Positions 9,782 to 19,852 of a DNA stretch of 57,604 bases are shown one piece after another (the first letter of the stretch is position 1; each line of letters begins with the position of its first letter). The stretch is from Clostridiales bacterium UBA4821 (GTDB taxonomy: Bacteria; Bacillota; Clostridia; Acetivibrionales; UBA4821). Position numbers and translations under genes: made by a program. The stretch covers positions 1 to 57,604 of the forward strand of contig DHFP01000270.1 in the NCBI GenBank assembly GCA_002402315.1. Direction: 5' to 3'. The notes beneath the pieces are model-generated. The model worked only from the letters and a program-made list of their open reading frames with translations, searched no databases and was not told the origin of the DNA.

Positions 9782-11047
9782 TCAAGCTAGCTTAACTAAT
9801 GAGGCCAGATCAATATCATTATTTATATTTCCAACAACTGATGCACTTATATCTTTTTTGTTAAAAACCATTTCTATGACCTGGTCAACCATTTCCTTGC
9901 TAACGTTATCTACTTTTTTTAGTATCTCTTCAGGAGTATAGATCTTTCCTAGAATCAGTTCCGATTTTCCGATACTATTCATTCTGCTTGAAGTACTTTC
10001 AAGCCCCAGTATATAATTACCTTTCAGCTGTTCCTTTGATTTGGCTATCTCTTCGTCCGAAAGACCTTTCTTACATAATATATTGATTTCATTTATTATT
10101 AGCTTTAATACTTCTTTTAAATTTGCCGGATTCATGCCTGCATAAATGGTAAACAATCCCGCTTCTTTGTATGATGTAGGGTAGGAGTATATTGAATAAA
10201 CCAATCCCTTATTTTCTCTTATCTTTTGAAAGAGCCTGGAACTCATGCCTCCTCCAAAGATATTATTAATTACAATTGACGCATATAGCCTTTCATCCCC
10301 ATGTTCCAAGGCATTTAGCCCTAAGCACAGGTGAACCTGCTCGGTTTCCTTTTCTTTTACCTTTATATTAGGCAAAAACTTTGCTTTTTCAAAGCTAACT
10401 TGGTTACTGCCTGAATTCCAGCCTCCAAAATAATTTTCCACCAGATTTATTAAATGGTTTGTATCGAAGTTACCTGCTACAGAAATTACTGCATTACTTG
10501 CCACATAATTCCTCGCCATATATTCAACGATACTATTTCTGTTAATATTTTTCACGCTTTCATGAGTCCCGAGTATTGGATAACCAAGCGCATTATCCTG
10601 CCAGATAGTAGAAGAGAGCAGGTCATGGACTAAATCTTCAGGTGAATCTTCATACATGCCAATCTCCTCAAGTACCACCCTCTTCTCAAGCTTTATATCC
10701 TTCTCAGAAAACTTGGAATTAAACACCATATCAGTCAAAACTTCAACAGCCGTATCAAGATGACTGTCTAATGTCCTTGCATAAAAACATGTAGCCTCTT
10801 TGCCCGTAAATGCATTTAATTGTCCCCCCAGGCTGTCAATACTTTCTGCTATTTCCTTGGCTGTTCTTTTTTGTGTACCTTTGAAAAGCATATGCTCAAT
10901 AAAGTGTGATATTCCATTGTTTTGACTATCCTCATTTCTCGAACCGGTTCCTACCCAAATCCCAATTGAAACTGACTTCACATGAGGTATCTTTTCATAA
11001 ACCAACTTTAAACCATTCTTTAAAACGAATTTTTCAAACATATTCAA
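9782..11047 (-). CDS. M16 (pitrilysin/insulinase) family zinc peptidase
   Basis: Inverted zincin motif HFIEHMLFKGT; about 420 aa with a two-domain layout. The start is either TTG at 11047 or ATG at 11041. Confidence 0.85.
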   Translation of the reverse strand: MNMFEKFVLKNGLKLVYEKIPHVKSVSIGIWVGTGSRNEDSQNNGISHFIEHMLFKGTQKRTAKEIAESIDSLGGQLNAFTGKEATCFYARTLDSHLDTAVEVLTDMVFNSKFSEKDIKLEKRVVLEEIGMYEDSPEDLVHDLLSSTIWQDNALGYPILGTHESVKNINRNSIVEYMARNYVASNAVISVAGNFDTNHLINLVENYFGGWNSGSNQVSFEKAKFLPNIKVKEKETEQVHLCLGLNALEHGDERLYASIVINNIFGGGMSSRLFQKIRENKGLVYSIYSYPTSYKEAGLFTIYAGMNPANLKEVLKLIINEINILCKKGLSDEEIAKSKEQLKGNYILGLESTSSRMNSIGKSELILGKIYTPEEILKKVDNVSKEMVDQVIEMVFNKKDISASVVGNINNDIDLASLVKLA

Positions 11048-11084
11048 TTTTTCCTCTCTAAGTTGACCTTATTCTTTCTTAGGT

Positions 11085-11113
11085 ATTATAATTTATACCT
11101 GTTGCGTTTCCAA
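11085..11113 (-). promoter_or_regulatory. sigma-A promoter for the M16 peptidase gene
   Basis: The minus strand reads TTGGAA, a 17-nt spacer, then TATAAT. It lies immediately downstream of a terminator. Confidence 0.55.
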
Positions 11114-11117
11114 GCAC

Positions 11118-11144
11118 AAAAAACTTCCTAATTTTCTTAGGAAG
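11118..11144 (-). terminator. rho-independent terminator ending the flagellar-associated gene block
   Basis: 7-bp stem cttccta/taggaag that overlaps the stop codon, followed on the minus strand by tttttt. Confidence 0.6.
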
Positions 11145-11751
11145 CTGTACCATTCCTCATACCCAATACCAACTGTATCTCTCCCCTGCCAACGTTTAAC
11201 TTTCTTGCAATCTCAGTCTCGCTAAGGCCTTTTTCAGCTAATGATATTATTTGTTTTGATTTTATATTGGAATTTATAATATTATCTACAGCCCCATTTT
11301 CCGGAAGGAATGCACTTGAATAGCTTGAATATGAGTAAATTTTGTTAGCATTAAACGCTATGCCCTTATTTGAAAACGGTACTATAGTCTTAGAAATATT
11401 TCTTACATTCTGATTGTTCTTCTCGTAACATCGATGGCTGCCACCTTGTTGAGTGACTACTGTTTTCTCAGCCAACGCAGATTTACTGTCATCCACCTTT
11501 ACATCAATTTTTACAATCATACTTTCGATTTCACGAACCTTATCTTCAATGTGTGTTACCATGTAATCTGAAAATCTATTTAGCTCGTCAAGCATCTGAT
11601 CAGCTGAACTAAGTATCTCTTCTATTTCCTCCTTCTTCTTTTCTATCCTCTGAATCTCACGTATACTCCACTTTCTTGTGGTAGTAAAGAATAATATTGA
11701 GGCAATAAGAACTAAAATTGCGAGAATGTTAAAGAATATTACCATGCCCAT
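11137..11751 (-). CDS. hypothetical protein: N-terminal TM helix, coiled coil, C-terminal helix-turn-helix-like segment
   Basis: GAGGAGAA RBS. Hydrophobic N-terminus, EKKKEEIEEIL coiled coil, and C-terminal LSETEIARKLNVGRGEIQLVLGM. Confidence 0.6.
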   Translation of the reverse strand: MGMVIFFNILAILVLIASILFFTTTRKWSIREIQRIEKKKEEIEEILSSADQMLDELNRFSDYMVTHIEDKVREIESMIVKIDVKVDDSKSALAEKTVVTQQGGSHRCYEKNNQNVRNISKTIVPFSNKGIAFNANKIYSYSSYSSAFLPENGAVDNIINSNIKSKQIISLAEKGLSETEIARKLNVGRGEIQLVLGMRNGTAS

Positions 11752-11811
11752 AGAGCATTCTCCTCTTCCTACGTTATATGTACAATCTTTGGCAGAAACA
11801 CTTAAGTCCAG

Positions 11812-11840
11812 AAAATAAAAAAACTTATATAAATAAGTTT
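11812..11840 (-). terminator. weak AT-only hairpin plus U-run
   Basis: aaacttat/ataagttt stem followed on the minus strand by ttttattttc. Confidence 0.3.
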
Positions 11841-11878
11841 TCTCATATCATTATAAACTAATATTTGAAACCTTTCAA

Positions 11879-12199
11879 CTATATTTTGACATCAATAAAG
11901 CTGCTTTTGCTTGTTTCGACACCTTTCTTAGCTTGTTGGTTTTCTTCTTTCTTATTGTGGTTACTTGATTGTTGTTTCTTCTCTTTATTCCTCTCATTTT
12001 CTTGTTTTTTTCTTATTTTTACTTCTTCTGCCTGCGTTCTCTTCTGAACCTGTTTTAAGCTGCTCTCAGCCTGCTGCTGTATAGCAGTGGACTGATTCTG
12101 CTGCTGCGCATGCTCCTTTTGATTTTCAGCTCCTCTAATTTTAGAAGCCTCATTGGCTCTGGGAATCGACATCTGAAAGTCAATGGGTTTAATGGACAT
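11879..12199 (-). CDS. hypothetical Lys/Glu/Gln-rich small protein
   Basis: GAGGTGA RBS 6 nt upstream of the ATG. 106 aa, low-complexity and charged; located directly after the FapA-like gene. Confidence 0.55.
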   Translation of the reverse strand: MSIKPIDFQMSIPRANEASKIRGAENQKEHAQQQNQSTAIQQQAESSLKQVQKRTQAEEVKIRKKQENERNKEKKQQSSNHNKKEENQQAKKGVETSKSSFIDVKI

Positions 12200-12221
12200 A
12201 ACATCTCACCTCTTTTTCGCC

Positions 12222-13853
12222 CTACTTATTATATGGGCCAACCCTAACATCCGCACCATCTTTGTACAACGTGCAGTACTGAAGATTCTCCCGGACATTC
12301 ATCATAACCGTACCAATTGCAACCTTGGTCCCTGGATAAATAATGTTTTGCGCCAGAATCCTTCCATTTGACTCTTGTTCCAGGATCTCATCCAGCTTCA
12401 TCAACTCTTCTTTCAGTTCACCTAATGTACTTGTATAATGTGTCTTTGTTCTGATACTTCTATCAAGCATCTCCTGCTTTTCAGGAGTTAGCTTGCCTAC
12501 CTGTTCCAGCTTCTTAAGTAATTCTATAACTTGTTCAGCCTTCTTTATATCAGTTTCAGCCGTCCTTATCTCATCTTTTACATCCTTATACCTTTCCCTT
12601 AAAGTTGGATCCACCCCAACCTCTATATCAGTTAATGTAGACATTGGAGAACCTATAACCTTTACTGACAATTCTTTTCCAATCTTTGCCGACCCTCCAA
12701 CCAGTAATCCTTTTTTACCTGATAACTCAAGTCTATTCCCACATTTAACATTTGAGTGCATGACGGCCTCAGCTCTAATATCTCCTCTAGCCTGGATATT
12801 GCTATGTTCAATGTACCTGGCCACAATATCTCCCTCACTAATCAGAACCCCTTTGCCCAGGCCCTGCATACCTCTTCGGAGTATTATGCTTCCACCGGCT
12901 TTTATTATCGCTCCCTCAACCACTCCGTATACTTCAACACTGCCGCCCGCCTCAATTGTAAACCCTGAAAGGACATTTCCCCGGACTACCACATTTCCGA
13001 CAAAATATATATTCCCTGTAGAGTTGTCTACGTCAGCAGGAACTTCATATAAAGAAAATACGCTTACCTTTCCATCTATAAAATCGACAAGTCCATCAAA
13101 TGCTGCTAATAAAGCTTGACCATCAGGAGATACCTCAACGTTTTTCCCTCTGGGAAGTACCGCGGGCTTTCCATCAAGTGCAGGTATATCTATACCCAAA
13201 ATATTCTTTCCCGGTTGGCCTGGTGTTGGTGGAATAGACGTTACAAGAACCTGTCCTCTCGTTACATTCTCAATTAGGTGTAACTCCCTGAAATTCACAC
13301 GGCCATCTTCCATTATAGTAGGCTTCGCATCTTTGTTAATATCAAAAAGAAACTGAAGCTTTCCATTAACACCAAATACCGGCTCAGTTCCCTCAGCAAT
13401 CAAGATTTGTTGGTTGTAAGCCGGGTTTATGGCTAGGGTTGTTATTACGTCTCTTTTTATACCGTATGTTATTCCACTTTCGTTAATCTGCTTCATAATT
13501 TCGTCGAATGTAAGCATCCGTCCACCTTCAGGAGGCATAATTATAACATAAGCCTTCATTTTGTCAGGTGACACAATTGTATTCATAGAGGCATTTATTT
13601 TTACTTCTTCCTGAGACTCTGCTATTCTCTCGGGTATTTGTTTAGCTTTCATTATCGCTAACTCTACGGCAGCCCTATCGAAGTTTCTTAACTGTTTTTT
13701 AGCCATCTTGTTTAATACATCGTTAACCGTTACCTTCTTACCACTCCCCATAGGAGGATGTACCTTAAGGTAAACCCCGTCTGCTTGATATAATAACTCA
13801 AAGAATCCATCATGTATTCTGTTGCCGCTATTGTTATCTGATTGTGAAATCAT
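12222..13853 (-). CDS. FapA-family (DUF342) flagellar-assembly-associated protein
   Basis: Size, a central beta-helix repeat region (GNIYFVGNVVVRGNVLSGFTIEAGGSVEVYGVVEG..) and a C-terminal coiled coil. Position is directly downstream of fliA. Start taken at the second ATG (13853) behind AAGGGCGG. Confidence 0.7.
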   Translation of the reverse strand: MISQSDNNSGNRIHDGFFELLYQADGVYLKVHPPMGSGKKVTVNDVLNKMAKKQLRNFDRAAVELAIMKAKQIPERIAESQEEVKINASMNTIVSPDKMKAYVIIMPPEGGRMLTFDEIMKQINESGITYGIKRDVITTLAINPAYNQQILIAEGTEPVFGVNGKLQFLFDINKDAKPTIMEDGRVNFRELHLIENVTRGQVLVTSIPPTPGQPGKNILGIDIPALDGKPAVLPRGKNVEVSPDGQALLAAFDGLVDFIDGKVSVFSLYEVPADVDNSTGNIYFVGNVVVRGNVLSGFTIEAGGSVEVYGVVEGAIIKAGGSIILRRGMQGLGKGVLISEGDIVARYIEHSNIQARGDIRAEAVMHSNVKCGNRLELSGKKGLLVGGSAKIGKELSVKVIGSPMSTLTDIEVGVDPTLRERYKDVKDEIRTAETDIKKAEQVIELLKKLEQVGKLTPEKQEMLDRSIRTKTHYTSTLGELKEELMKLDEILEQESNGRILAQNIIYPGTKVAIGTVMMNVRENLQYCTLYKDGADVRVGPYNK

Positions 13854-13890
13854 ACTACCGCCCTTCTTATACATAATAAGTCATAATATA

Positions 13891-14661
13891 TCAATCTATT
13901 AATGTAGATTTTAGTCTGCTTAGTTTTCCTTTCAACCGTAATATGGCTTTTGTGTGTAGTTGTGATACTCTTGATTCCGACACACCCATTATAGCGCTAA
14001 TTTCTTTCAATGTAAGTTCCTCATAATAATAGAGTGAAACAACCATCTTCTCCTTATCGAGCAGCTTATTAATAGCGTCCGCCAATATCTCTTTTAATTC
14101 GTTAACTTCAATATAGTTTTCGGGTATTCCGTCTTTTAAAACATTATTACTCTCTACACCTATTTCATAGTTTTGTTCTAAGAATTCATCTAATGACATC
14201 ATGGTTGAAACATTTACCTCATTTAAAAGTTTGGTAAAGTCTTCAACCGAAATTCCAAGCTTATCTGCAATTTCTTTATCAGAAGCTGCATGTCCAAATT
14301 CATTTTCTACCTCAGAATATACTTTTTCAATTTCTTTGCTCTTCTGACGCAAAGAACGTGGAACCCAATCCATCTCCCTTATACTGTCAATTATCGAACC
14401 TCTGATTCGTAAGGAAGCATATGTCTCGAATTTTACGCCTTTCGATATATCAAATTTATCAATGGCATCAATCAGTCCAAAAACTCCAAAGCTCACAAGA
14501 TCATCATATTCCACATGAGAACCGAAATATATACTTAGCCTTCCAGCGACATATTTAACCAAAGGGGAATATTCAACAATCAACTTCTCCCTGATGGCAG
14601 GGCTTTTGGTTTCACTATACTGTTTCCATTGCTCTGATTGTTTTTCCGGAGTTGCAGTCAT
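13891..14661 (-). CDS. fliA: flagellar sigma factor sigma-28 (FliA/SigD)
   Basis: Sigma-70 regions 2-4; C-terminal LTLKEISAIMGVSESRVSQLHTKAILRLK; located at the end of the che block. Confidence 0.9.
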   Translation of the reverse strand: MTATPEKQSEQWKQYSETKSPAIREKLIVEYSPLVKYVAGRLSIYFGSHVEYDDLVSFGVFGLIDAIDKFDISKGVKFETYASLRIRGSIIDSIREMDWVPRSLRQKSKEIEKVYSEVENEFGHAASDKEIADKLGISVEDFTKLLNEVNVSTMMSLDEFLEQNYEIGVESNNVLKDGIPENYIEVNELKEILADAINKLLDKEKMVVSLYYYEELTLKEISAIMGVSESRVSQLHTKAILRLKGKLSRLKSTLID

Positions 14662-14696
14662 TTTGAATCCCCCTAAAGTTGTTGATTATTCGGAGT

Positions 14697-14984
14697 TTAA
14701 CCCTTTATTGGTTGACCGGTTTCTACTTTACTTCCCCTGTTTGCCTGTTCTTTCTTTGTGATGCGTTTCTTTTCTTCCAGTAAGTATTTCCTTACTAAAG
14801 CTTCTTTTATCATTTTAATCAATATTTTTTTCAACACCCATCCCAGCATATATGAAACCGTAATTGCAACAGATACCCGTACGGCCATCTGTTGCAAGTT
14901 GACTCCATATACTACTGCTGATATTCCTGTAATTATACCAAATATTATTGCTAAGAAGACAGGCAGCTTATTAATATACTCCAT
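14697..14984 (-). CDS. small two-TM membrane protein with a basic tail, unknown function
   Basis: GAGGGG RBS; 95 aa; sits between cheD and fliA. Confidence 0.55.
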   Translation of the reverse strand: MEYINKLPVFLAIIFGIITGISAVVYGVNLQQMAVRVSVAITVSYMLGWVLKKILIKMIKEALVRKYLLEEKKRITKKEQANRGSKVETGQPIKG

Positions 14985-15001
14985 AAAGTTCCCCTCTTCA
15001 A

Positions 15002-15487
15002 CTATATATGCTTGACTCCAAATCCTATTGTCTTTATCTGGAGTTTCCCGTCTACTGCACTCAACTCAATAGTTCTACCAAAATTTCCACCTGTATCTTC
15101 AGCAACAATTTTTATATTAAATTTCTCAAGCATTTCTTTGCATGCTTGAATATTTTTCTGACCTATTTTGATTATATCATTTTCCTGCTTAAACTGGAAC
15201 ATCTGCGCTCCACCTGCCAGCTTAGCTATCAGGCGGGATTTCATTGCTCCTTTTTTTGCCATCTCTTCTATAAGCAAGGTAATACCTGTATCAGCATACT
15301 TAGCTGGATTTATCTCACCTTTATTCTGAACACTATAGGGCAGCATAATATGAGCCATACCGGCCACTTTGGTTATTGAGTCATACAAGCATACCCCTAC
15401 ACACGATCCTAATCCCAATGTTGTTAATACAAATGGGCTTACAGCTACATTTAAATCTGCCATGCCCACTTTAATGACATTTTCCAT
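15002..15487 (-). CDS. cheD: chemoreceptor glutamine deamidase CheD
   Basis: LGLGSCVGVCLYD catalytic-Cys region; about 160 aa; TAATG overlap with cheC. Confidence 0.9.
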   Translation of the reverse strand: MENVIKVGMADLNVAVSPFVLTTLGLGSCVGVCLYDSITKVAGMAHIMLPYSVQNKGEINPAKYADTGITLLIEEMAKKGAMKSRLIAKLAGGAQMFQFKQENDIIKIGQKNIQACKEMLEKFNIKIVAEDTGGNFGRTIELSAVDGKLQIKTIGFGVKHI

Positions 15488-16110
15488 TAACCGATTACCC
15501 CTAAAGCTTTTAATAGTATATCATATGAATCTACGTCAGGTATTAAAAAGAATTCTCCGGCAACCTTTTCGGCTCCATCTGTAAACTGCGTTTCAATGTA
15601 GAGTACTGTTTCACCTACACTTCCAAACCCTATGGCAGGAACACTTAATATTGCTCCTGCCATATCTACGCATAAATCCGGAACTGATGGCAGTATATTT
15701 AAATTTGTCAGCATTGAAAGAGCGGATAAATATGAACCAGCCAAAATATTCCCCATCTCCTTTAATGCGGATACTTCTATTTCATTAAATTCCGATTCTT
15801 GTGAGAGATCTTGCCTTCCCATTAAAATATTTACTAGTACGTGCGCTGAAGCAAGGTCTAACACAAACAGTATGTTTCCTTTTAGATCTCCCGTTACCCC
15901 AAGTAAGATTCCAGCTATAAGAGCCTCACTGTTACCAAGAATATCCGGTATATCCTTAAAATTAAGGATTTTTATCTTAGGTACTGCCATATCTACCCTT
16001 TTATTTAACATCTTGGCTAGAGCTGTTACCGCATTTCCAGCCCCTATGTTTCCTATTTCTCTTAGAACATCCAGCTGGTTCGTGTTTAATTCATCAATAC
16101 CAATAGGCAT
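15487..16110 (-). CDS. cheC: CheY-P phosphatase CheC
   Basis: DVLREIGNIGAGNAVTAL and a second EMGNILAGSYL repeat, typical of CheC. Confidence 0.9.
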   Translation of the reverse strand: MPIGIDELNTNQLDVLREIGNIGAGNAVTALAKMLNKRVDMAVPKIKILNFKDIPDILGNSEALIAGILLGVTGDLKGNILFVLDLASAHVLVNILMGRQDLSQESEFNEIEVSALKEMGNILAGSYLSALSMLTNLNILPSVPDLCVDMAGAILSVPAIGFGSVGETVLYIETQFTDGAEKVAGEFFLIPDVDSYDILLKALGVIG

Positions 16111-16127
16111 ATAAACACCTCAATACA

Positions 16128-16571
16128 TTATTTTAAAACTATCAGTTTATCAAGATTGAGCAGCGTGACAATCCTATCATTTACCTTTCCTATACCATAG
16201 ATATAATCCAGTGACACATCTGATGATACCTGTAAAACGTTTTCTATCTGTTCATCAGGAATAGTTAATACTTCTACTACTTCATCAACTATGAACCCTA
16301 CTGATACATCATCAATCTTGAATATTATTATTCTGGTATCATCTGTTGGCGTAGTTACTCCCATTTTTAGCTTCTTTGATAATTCAATTACAGAAATAAT
16401 TTCTCCTCTTAGATTTACTACTCCTTTAATTGCTGCAGATGCCTGTGGTACACGTGTAATGTTGAGCAGTTTCTCTATGGTTGTAATCTTCTGAATATCT
16501 ATACCGTATTCTTCTTGATTCATATTAAATATTACGAACTGGTTTACGCTTCCTTGTACCTGCGCTTCCAT
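16128..16571 (-). CDS. cheW: chemotaxis coupling protein CheW
   Basis: About 147 aa CheW fold (VVNLRGEIISVIEL, IGFIVDEV). Confidence 0.9.
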   Translation of the reverse strand: MEAQVQGSVNQFVIFNMNQEEYGIDIQKITTIEKLLNITRVPQASAAIKGVVNLRGEIISVIELSKKLKMGVTTPTDDTRIIIFKIDDVSVGFIVDEVVEVLTIPDEQIENVLQVSSDVSLDYIYGIGKVNDRIVTLLNLDKLIVLK

Positions 16572-16583
16572 TGTTACCCCCCC

Positions 16584-18743
16584 TTATGCTAATGAATTAA
16601 CATCAATTATGAGTGCAACTTGTCCATCACCGAGTATAGTAGCTCCTGCAATAGACTTGATACCTCCCAGGAGTTTACCTAGAGACTTAATTACAATTTC
16701 CTGTTGTCCTATGAGGTTGTCCACTACAAATCCGGATAATTTGTCACCTTTTCTAACCACAACAACTGTAACCTGCGAAGAGTCTGACGCTGCCTCGGGT
16801 ACATCCAGAACCTTATTTAGACGGATTATTGGTATTACACTCTTTCTCAGTATAATTACTTCTTGCTTCTGCACCATCTTTATATTTTTTTGATCGATAT
16901 TTATTATTTCTCTAATTGAACTTAGCGGTATAGCAAATTTTTCTTCCCCTATTAGAACTAACAGCGCTTGAATTATTGCAAGTGTTAACGGCAATCTGAT
17001 TATGAACTTACTTCCTTTTCCAATCTCTGTTTCTACCTCGATTACGCCGCCAAGAGCTTCAATCTTTGTCTTAACTACATCTAATCCTACTCCTCTGCCC
17101 GATATGTCGGTAACCTTTTCGGCTGTACTAAAGCTTGGCTTAAATAAGAAATCTATTATCTCTTTCTTGGATAGCGTATTGATAGAATCCTTTGTGGCAA
17201 AACCCAGTTCTAATATTTTCTTCTTAACCTTTTCTAAATTTATTCCGCCACCATCATCTTCAGATTCAATTACAACGTTATTACCATCTTGGTAAGCTCT
17301 AAGGTTTATTGTTCCTGCAACAGGTTTGCCAAGTTCTTTTCTCTTTCCGGGATTCTCTATACCATGGTCTACAGAGTTCCTCAATAAATGGATTAACGGA
17401 TCACCAATTTCATCAATAACTGTTCTATCAAGTTCAGTTTCTTCACCGGACATAACCAGATTAATTTCTTTTCCTGTTTCTCTTGACAGATCTCTGATCA
17501 TTCTTGGGAACCTGTTAAATACCATCTCGATTGGTACCATTCGCACCTTCATAACTGCATCGTGAAGATTTGTTGTAATTCTCTCCAGATATTCAACTGC
17601 TTCATTGTAGTTTTGTGTACGCTGTACCCCTTCAATTCCTTCCAGTCTTGTCTTGATAATAATAAGCTCACTTACCAGGTTCATCAAGACATCAAGCCTA
17701 TCAATATCAACTCTTACCGTTTTCCCTGTCTTTGAAATCTTGGATGCATGCGCTCCCTTTAAATCACTTTGGGTTTTCTCCATAATAATGTCGGTCTCTA
17801 ACTCGTTAGGAACTTCAAAAATTGGCTTTTGCAGCTCCTCCAGCTTCCTTAACTCTTCACTCATTTGTGCCGCCTCCTTTATTGATACTGGCGCAGGTTC
17901 TATAGGTTTTTCAGCTGCCTCTTTCTTGTGTCCAGCTACGGGGGCTTCATTTTCATCAATTGGTTTTGCATCCATTGGACTTGTCAACACCTTATCAACC
18001 TCCGCTATAGAATTAAGTTCTTTTTGTAAGAACTGTTGAGACTCCTTCGATACTACTACAACTGTAAACTCCAGTTCAAATTTCTCGTCTTCTATATCTT
18101 CAACATGCGGAACTGACTTAATAATCTCTGAATACCTCTCTAATGTCTGGAATATTATGAATGCCCTTGCTGACTTTAATACACACCCTTTATTTATTAC
18201 AACTGTTACCTTATACGCATTAATCCCCATCTCCAAAGCCTTATTTATTACATTCTGCTCATAAATATTGGGAACAAACACTCCCGTGTATCCAACGTCT
18301 TTAAGGTCAGGCTCAACCGGCCTTGGACATTTTACAATTTGAACTTCTTCATCAATAGTCTTGTCTTTGATAATCTTTCTAAGCATGTTGATTATTTCTT
18401 CACAGTGGAAATCTCCCTCATTACCTGCATTAATTATTGAGTTGAGGTATATCTCAAGTGCATCAAGACACTTGAACAGTATATCTACCAACTTGGTATT
18501 TATCTTTATTTCTCCATTTCTTATTGCCTGTAATACATCTTCCATATCATGAGTTAATGTAGTCATCTTTGAGAATCCCATTGTCCCAGCCATACCTTTA
18601 AGTGTATGCGCTACTCTGAATATTTCATTTAAGATGACCATATCACTTGGATTTTTTTCTAGCTGTAAGAGACTCTGATTTAAGTTCTGTACATGTTCTT
18701 TAGTCTCTTCAATAAAAATCTCAATGTATTGACTCATATCCAT
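16584..18743 (-). CDS. cheA: chemotaxis histidine kinase CheA
   Basis: Hpt HTLKGMAGTMGF, kinase boxes DDGGGI and GRGVGLDVV, C-terminal CheW-like domain. Start at the ATG at 18743 behind GGGGG, overlapping the cheB end. Confidence 0.92.
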   Translation of the reverse strand: MDMSQYIEIFIEETKEHVQNLNQSLLQLEKNPSDMVILNEIFRVAHTLKGMAGTMGFSKMTTLTHDMEDVLQAIRNGEIKINTKLVDILFKCLDALEIYLNSIINAGNEGDFHCEEIINMLRKIIKDKTIDEEVQIVKCPRPVEPDLKDVGYTGVFVPNIYEQNVINKALEMGINAYKVTVVINKGCVLKSARAFIIFQTLERYSEIIKSVPHVEDIEDEKFELEFTVVVVSKESQQFLQKELNSIAEVDKVLTSPMDAKPIDENEAPVAGHKKEAAEKPIEPAPVSIKEAAQMSEELRKLEELQKPIFEVPNELETDIIMEKTQSDLKGAHASKISKTGKTVRVDIDRLDVLMNLVSELIIIKTRLEGIEGVQRTQNYNEAVEYLERITTNLHDAVMKVRMVPIEMVFNRFPRMIRDLSRETGKEINLVMSGEETELDRTVIDEIGDPLIHLLRNSVDHGIENPGKRKELGKPVAGTINLRAYQDGNNVVIESEDDGGGINLEKVKKKILELGFATKDSINTLSKKEIIDFLFKPSFSTAEKVTDISGRGVGLDVVKTKIEALGGVIEVETEIGKGSKFIIRLPLTLAIIQALLVLIGEEKFAIPLSSIREIINIDQKNIKMVQKQEVIILRKSVIPIIRLNKVLDVPEAASDSSQVTVVVVRKGDKLSGFVVDNLIGQQEIVIKSLGKLLGGIKSIAGATILGDGQVALIIDVNSLA

Positions 18744-19851
18744 TTCTATGCACCCCCACATAATTTAAAATTTCATTTGTAATTTCTGCTACAGGAATTA
18801 CTTTGTCGGCTATTCCTGCATTTATCACAGCCTTCGGCATTCCAAAAATTACGCAAGATTCTTCACTTTCAGCTATGATATGGGCTTTGTTCCTCTGCTT
18901 CATATTTATTAAACCTTCACAGCCATCATATCCCATCCCAGTCATTATCACTCCAATTAAATTGTCGAGATCCGTTTCAGCCAGGGAATTAAACAGTACG
19001 TTGGCAGATGGTCTAAGTCTATTTACCGGAGGCATGTCAGATAATTTTATGGTTAGCTCTCCACTCAGTCTATTTCTGTTAACTAACATGTGATATCCTC
19101 CTGGGGCTATATATGCTACTCCAGCTTTTAGTATATCATTGTCCTCTGCTTCTTTTACAGTAATATCACTTAAATTATTAAGCCTGTCCGCAAGAGACTT
19201 GGTAAAGCCTGGAGGCATATGCTGAACTATTAAGTATGATGCCGGTAAATCCTTGGGAATAAATGGTATTACACTTTGAAGAGCCCGTGGCCCTCCGGTA
19301 GATGTTCCGATCGCAACAATATTCTTTATTTTAATTTTATCATTGTACAGGCAGTGGTTGAACTTTTTCTGATTAAGTTGCGTATTGTAATCTAAATGAT
19401 GTGGTAAGTGATATACATTCTCACTATGATTATACTTTAAACTTTTTGCTATGTGAACCTTTTTAATCAAATCTTTTTTTACTAAATCGTTTTTTAAACT
19501 TAATAGATTATCCGGCTTACTTATAAAATCACTTGCCCCAAGACTTAACGCTTCATATTTTAAGCTTTCATAGCGCTCATTTAAATTGCTAAACATTATA
19601 ACCGGCAGCGGACTGCTAGTCATTATCTTCTTTAGACATTCCAAACCACCCTTATCCGGAATCTCTGCATCAACAGTTACAACGTCAGGCTTATGCAATT
19701 TTATTTTCTCAATAATATCTAAACCATCTCTTGACACATCAACCACTTTTATTCTCGGATCACTTTCTAATGTATCAGTAATCATTACTCTTGACAATGC
19801 CGAATGGTCTACTATGAGAACTCTTATGTCCCTGTTGTCCTGTCTAACCAA
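18721..19851 (-). CDS. cheB: chemotaxis methylesterase CheB (receiver plus esterase domains)
   Basis: GTSTGGPRAL, HMPPGFT and GMGYDG esterase motifs; N-terminal receiver domain. See the finding on VDHS. Confidence 0.9.
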   Translation of the reverse strand: MVRQDNRDIRVLIVDHSALSRVMITDTLESDPRIKVVDVSRDGLDIIEKIKLHKPDVVTVDAEIPDKGGLECLKKIMTSSPLPVIMFSNLNERYESLKYEALSLGASDFISKPDNLLSLKNDLVKKDLIKKVHIAKSLKYNHSENVYHLPHHLDYNTQLNQKKFNHCLYNDKIKIKNIVAIGTSTGGPRALQSVIPFIPKDLPASYLIVQHMPPGFTKSLADRLNNLSDITVKEAEDNDILKAGVAYIAPGGYHMLVNRNRLSGELTIKLSDMPPVNRLRPSANVLFNSLAETDLDNLIGVIMTGMGYDGCEGLINMKQRNKAHIIAESEESCVIFGMPKAVINAGIADKVIPVAEITNEILNYVGVHRNGYESIH

Positions 19852-19852
19852 C

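Noticed and set aside
12493-13119. 208-aa ORF antisense to the FapA-like gene. The same applies to other long antisense ORFs: 41718-42398, 33257-33793, 15632-16114, 53137-53658, 31186-31656 and 8015-8413.
   Set aside because: Each lies wholly inside a well-supported gene on the opposite strand. They lack an RBS and have the Ser/Pro/Thr/Ile-rich composition typical of antisense frames in AT-rich genes.
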